From Fibrobacterales bacterium (GTDB lineage Bacteria; Fibrobacterota; Fibrobacteria; Fibrobacterales; JAOPTW01), in contig JAOPTX010000034.1 in the NCBI GenBank assembly GCA_051532055.1, forward strand, positions 39,747-103,746: a stretch of 64,000 nucleotides of DNA. The letters run 5' to 3'. Under the pieces are notes generated by a model. It was not told the DNA's origin and made no database searches. It saw only the letters and a program-made list of their open reading frames with translations. Positions 61,301-64,000 of the stretch are shown here, one piece after another; the first letter of the stretch is position 1, and every line of letters starts with the position of its first letter. The translations under genes were made by a program, and so were the position numbers.

Positions 61301-63218
61301 CACCAATTTTTACGGAGTCAACCCTCGGTATCTGTGGTTTAATATTCCACGTAAATCTCAAAGAGTCGAGAGTCGGTGTTTTTTTATATTCAAAATATGA
61401 TTTTAAGCCAAATAAATATCGGTAGTAATCACCATCAAAAAACTGATTTGTTATCACAGCATTAGTAAGTGGATCTGTAGTCAGTGACACGGGAGCGGTA
61501 AAGCCTGGCACCTGTGCCATATCAAACTGCATCGTAATATTGGTATCACAAGGGGGGCACCCATACTCTATCAACTGCATATTGACTGAGTCTTCTCCAT
61601 TGATAAAATCTTTAATCCCCACATCAAAATTATCAGAGAGACGCATCACCCCTGACTGATAGAGTGTCGATTCTTTATAAATTGCAACATCTTTATAGAC
61701 TAGAATTTTTGCATTATGCTCATCATTATACACAAATACCGCATTTTTATGTTCATCAATTGCATTATCAACTCTTGACCAAAAAAAGAGGGGCAACCAA
61801 TCACTATCAACTCTGTTGAAGGTAACTCGATCATTAGTGAGTTGACCTTTAAAAACTGTCCCTGTCCCAGGGTCAATATCTTTACTCGGTTCTAGATCAT
61901 AGACCGCACCGTAAGGGTACATTTCATACAGCGTAAAATCAGGATTAGATTTTTTCCACCCAAATGCATCAAAATCTAAACCACTCACTTTTTTAAGAGC
62001 ACTAATCACAATGTGACTTTTTGTCGGATCTACACTGATTGATGGATAAATAGCATCACTAAAAATATGCACTTCAGGTGACAATGCATCCGTTGTAGGA
62101 TTATAGGTCCTATAATAAACATTACGATTATTGACCCCTTGGTATTTACTGTACACCATTCCAATAACCCCATTTCCAAGGTCAACAATTTCGAAGCCTT
62201 TAATCTTTGGGCCAAGTGCCCCATTTCGTGGAGTAGCCTGTACTTCTCCGACAATATCACGCTGAGCACGTACCTCGTTAAGATCAGAATCAAAGACCCT
62301 AAACTTTAACTCCGTGCGGGGATCGACTAAACTAATGGCAGACATGCCGTAGGCGACTACTAAATTCCCGGTCGACCCATCAATAGTCATATCAAGAGAA
62401 TTCAGATATGTGGCTCCTGTCGTGGGATACACCTTAGAAATTTCTGTAGAATTTTCAGCAGCAAGTCCTAATCGAAGAATATTTTTAGAAAGAATCAGAT
62501 TATTATCAGATGCAGGTGATATGATATTTTGAACATATCCAATATAGAGAGCGGTATCAGCGGCATCAGTATAAGTCGAAGCAATATTCACCCGCTGCGA
62601 AGTATTATAGACTCTATTAAGGGTGTCAATATACTCACCTCGATCTTTTTCAAGAAAAGGCATTCGGGATTCCCATGTTTTTCTTGCGTGGGTTCCAGTT
62701 GAATTCCAGAGGCCATACCATTTATCCCCTCCAGCATTAATACCAAAATCGAGAGTAACTATTGGAGAGACAGTATTGTCCATCAATTTATACTCTTGCC
62801 CCGCAACTGACTTTAGTGAATCCGTAAACACATCAACTTGATCGATACTATAATCTTTGAGAAAAATCGACTGAATAATTCCAGTTATATAAGACTCTGA
62901 AGAAGGACGATCTGTCTTAGCCATGTACAGTACTGAAAATTTATTATCCCCTCTCGTTTCAACCAAAGGATAGACTTCAGAAGATTTCCCACCGGCTGCT
63001 GAAGTATCACCAATGATAGTATCTATCAAAGAAGTATAGTCCGAACTATCAGTTAATATTGAAAGGTCGGCAGGCCACCCAACACCAATAGAATCAGGGG
63101 CAACGCCATCATCCAAAAAAGTACTACCCGTAGCACCACCAATCACACGCTCACCACCAAAGGCGAGCAGAGTGGTAAACCCAATCACACATGCTACCGA
63201 CAATACTCTATTTTTCAT
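58311..63218 (-). CDS. Large secreted Ig-like multi-domain protein with FlgD-Ig/T9SS-like C-terminal domain
   Basis: Signal peptide; IHFSEPV and IRINFNN (Big_5-like); FYIFPNPF..IYSVLGQLI..WNMRNNAGREVVTGVYMY..GKLAIVR. Confidence 0.8.
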   Translation of the reverse strand: MKNRVLSVACVIGFTTLLAFGGERVIGGATGSTFLDDGVAPDSIGVGWPADLSILTDSSDYTSLIDTIIGDTSAAGGKSSEVYPLVETRGDNKFSVLYMAKTDRPSSESYITGIIQSIFLKDYSIDQVDVFTDSLKSVAGQEYKLMDNTVSPIVTLDFGINAGGDKWYGLWNSTGTHARKTWESRMPFLEKDRGEYIDTLNRVYNTSQRVNIASTYTDAADTALYIGYVQNIISPASDNNLILSKNILRLGLAAENSTEISKVYPTTGATYLNSLDMTIDGSTGNLVVAYGMSAISLVDPRTELKFRVFDSDLNEVRAQRDIVGEVQATPRNGALGPKIKGFEIVDLGNGVIGMVYSKYQGVNNRNVYYRTYNPTTDALSPEVHIFSDAIYPSISVDPTKSHIVISALKKVSGLDFDAFGWKKSNPDFTLYEMYPYGAVYDLEPSKDIDPGTGTVFKGQLTNDRVTFNRVDSDWLPLFFWSRVDNAIDEHKNAVFVYNDEHNAKILVYKDVAIYKESTLYQSGVMRLSDNFDVGIKDFINGEDSVNMQLIEYGCPPCDTNITMQFDMAQVPGFTAPVSLTTDPLTNAVITNQFFDGDYYRYLFGLKSYFEYKKTPTLDSLRFTWNIKPQIPRVDSVKIGENSSWILGAVFNNSTRRVVNRLDTVYVAVSAYDHDNTNGLNIYAKNGSVTTDSLINLTPTTGSYKGVIKIAPKNIVNSAYTLKFMSRDPLGWESTGGLQMNMDSLVFDYYNIVPEAIVSIVVPRINGNDSIRDTIVSGATLSINVGDTAWVTLMTKDSNDAVVSVWWHNSDLLYSDTIIDVPSDSTYLFPALPGPIDSDPRMIPLIGVDTIPDTVTVSLSDVDDTISLWFRLIPNHFPQLDSVISILPWDITGATVDDTIDINSNPGTLFWNDLTNPDREDPEIDIHPFISMNLEGIAFDIDGINGDSSTLDWRFLRYDSNNICCTFDSIYTVQPSTGDTVVRDEVYRGDGLTHLFELNPPDVEITTCDIGGGCVSDTLKIKYPRLDTQRAAEGDFSDAKASLGDIELILNTDIMRDTVHMSLFSKGTRDLEVFSVFNMNGIDYSPWLNYEMKWQDQSKPVIIRTDSNHLKNPIRLSDGDSLLFDFFWDVSNEVGDRVLEDTLLIQSNDFFQPLLKIPFRVEFNDLPTISIERFSPDPLDTTLVIPITQGAAPVIPAFSQLRIHFSEPVSKVGLDEYLKVYSLRDSIAYCTIVPTDSACLIGAIPERAQMYSKALYDGGGSLYSTNLAYDYRGQPVPLYTDTVVFTPYYNVCSFEGITPAPFSFIKGDDIRIFVSNNIRDSVGTRLNLEKDFIKDTTEKSLIYSTKISAAPFKVASTVPATVEVSDVSAGTPLNSISPDSEIRINFNNRIVRQYIIGFDTAQADTLRPIDSDSLKAGTNGTVEVRTAYNNWEEVDLKFVKGTRGDSSLILKPLRKFYSKDTILVILADSIIDSWGRSLDGNGSGDGSYLYKRYSFGCKDTAVLNDSYSFRFVVTPTSFYIFPNPFVFENSQHTDKINEDGDPCIEFKNLNTISSKIDTDEDIDVRIYSVLGQLIYSTRKLNVSPSFNADPDSGALPSFCWNMRNNAGREVVTGVYMYTIGTRDDGVLAKGKLAIVR

Positions 63219-63229
63219 ACTTCCATCAT

Positions 63230-63670
63230 CTATTCGAGAAATCGTTTTCTTTGACTTATATCATCCAAAAATTTTGTTTCTATAACATTCTGTTCTTTTT
63301 TAAATTCAGCTTTTTTCTTATCACGTATTATTTCTAATGCTTTTTTATTCTGTGTCGCTCGTATGAGAAGTCCTCTCTTTGCCTCGACTACAGTATGCTG
63401 CTGTTGAATATCTCCAATTTTTTGTTCTATTCTCCTAAAAAGGTCCTGTTGATAATTAATGAACTGCATATACTGTTCACCCCCTACGTTCATATTCAGC
63501 AACGCCCCCTGCTGCTGGGCAATTTCGTGACGCTCTTCATCCATACTATCGAGCTCTCGTTTCATTGTAGCTTCAAGTTGCACCGCTTCACCAAGAACCA
63601 TTTTGGCATCTTCTTCCAATTTTTCACGATAACTGAGCAATGCTTGAAGCTTAAACCGAAATCTTTTCAT
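63230..63670 (-). CDS. fliJ: Flagellar export protein FliJ
   Basis: MKRFRFKLQALLSYREKLEE, coiled coil, EQ..LDD; downstream of fliI. Confidence 0.9.
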   Translation of the reverse strand: MKRFRFKLQALLSYREKLEEDAKMVLGEAVQLEATMKRELDSMDEERHEIAQQQGALLNMNVGGEQYMQFINYQQDLFRRIEQKIGDIQQQHTVVEAKRGLLIRATQNKKALEIIRDKKKAEFKKEQNVIETKFLDDISQRKRFLE

Positions 63671-63743
63671 AGCGCTACTTTATAGTACATCCATTGTTAA
63701 CATCCCTTTTCTATCATCTTAAAACACCGGTCGACCAGTATCA

Positions 63744-64000
63744 TTAAATTTGAATACCTGCAAGCTCATTTATTCTTTCTTCAATTTCAACGGGACCAAA
63801 TTTCTCACCCATCCCTTGTCGCAAAAAGTCATTGATAGGACCCATACGTTGTATCGCAAGGTCCACATCAGGGTCTGACCCAGTAACATAGGCGCCAATA
63901 TTGATCAAATCCTCTGATCTACTATATGCCGCCATTGAACGTATCAACTCCGTTGTCTTCCCTGTCATTTCTTCACTAACTACATCGGGACGACACCGAC
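63744..64000 (-). CDS. fliI: Flagellar export ATPase FliI, C-terminal part (truncated by the window edge)
   Basis: AYSRSEDLINIGAYVTGSDPDVDLAI..INDFLRQ; frame open to the window end. Confidence 0.9.
   Translation of the reverse strand, partial: RCRPDVVSEEMTGKTTELIRSMAAYSRSEDLINIGAYVTGSDPDVDLAIQRMGPINDFLRQGMGEKFGPVEIEERINELAGIQI

Noticed and set aside
1..64000. CRISPR array, tRNA/rRNA, IS, integrase or prophage
   Set aside because: No regularly spaced repeats, RNA gene signatures or mobility genes were seen. Intergenic gaps are short and mostly explained by promoters and terminators.

Overview
Core-chromosome window of an AT-rich, diderm, flagellated and probably fermentative bacterium. Ser-rich lipoproteins, a CotH kinase, a divergent Prs, an inserted SecA and a FlgD/T9SS-like C-terminal domain suggest the FCB group, possibly Fibrobacterota; this is inference only. 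I found no rRNA, tRNA, CRISPR array or mobile element. In order, the window holds: adenylate cyclase, mnmD, folA-thyA-usp, a dimeric dUTPase, a lipoprotein plus beta-barrel, a TetR-MMPL-LolA-barrel transport operon, a Cys-repeat lipoprotein, a CotH / GT-C / GT-C / LtaS-like surface-modification cluster sharing NPCBM modules, prs-glgP-ctpA-tmk-secA, a 1559-aa membrane protein ending in a FliL-like domain, a beta-1,3-glucan locus, a 12.6-kb Rex-headed [FeFe]-hydrogenase cluster, a large Ig-rich secreted protein, fliJ and the end of fliI. Top candidates for new biology: (1) a bifurcating-type HydABC and a non-bifurcating-type HydAB flanking a hydrogenase-histidine kinase relay that has no DNA-binding output, with several Rex-like boxes; (2) a GH-A barrel that appears to lack both catalytic glutamates, fused to a probable outer-membrane barrel beside an intact GH16, with an upstream palindrome shared with a distant lipoprotein gene; (3) the NPCBM-tagged envelope-modification cluster. 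All family calls come from motif recognition, not database searches.
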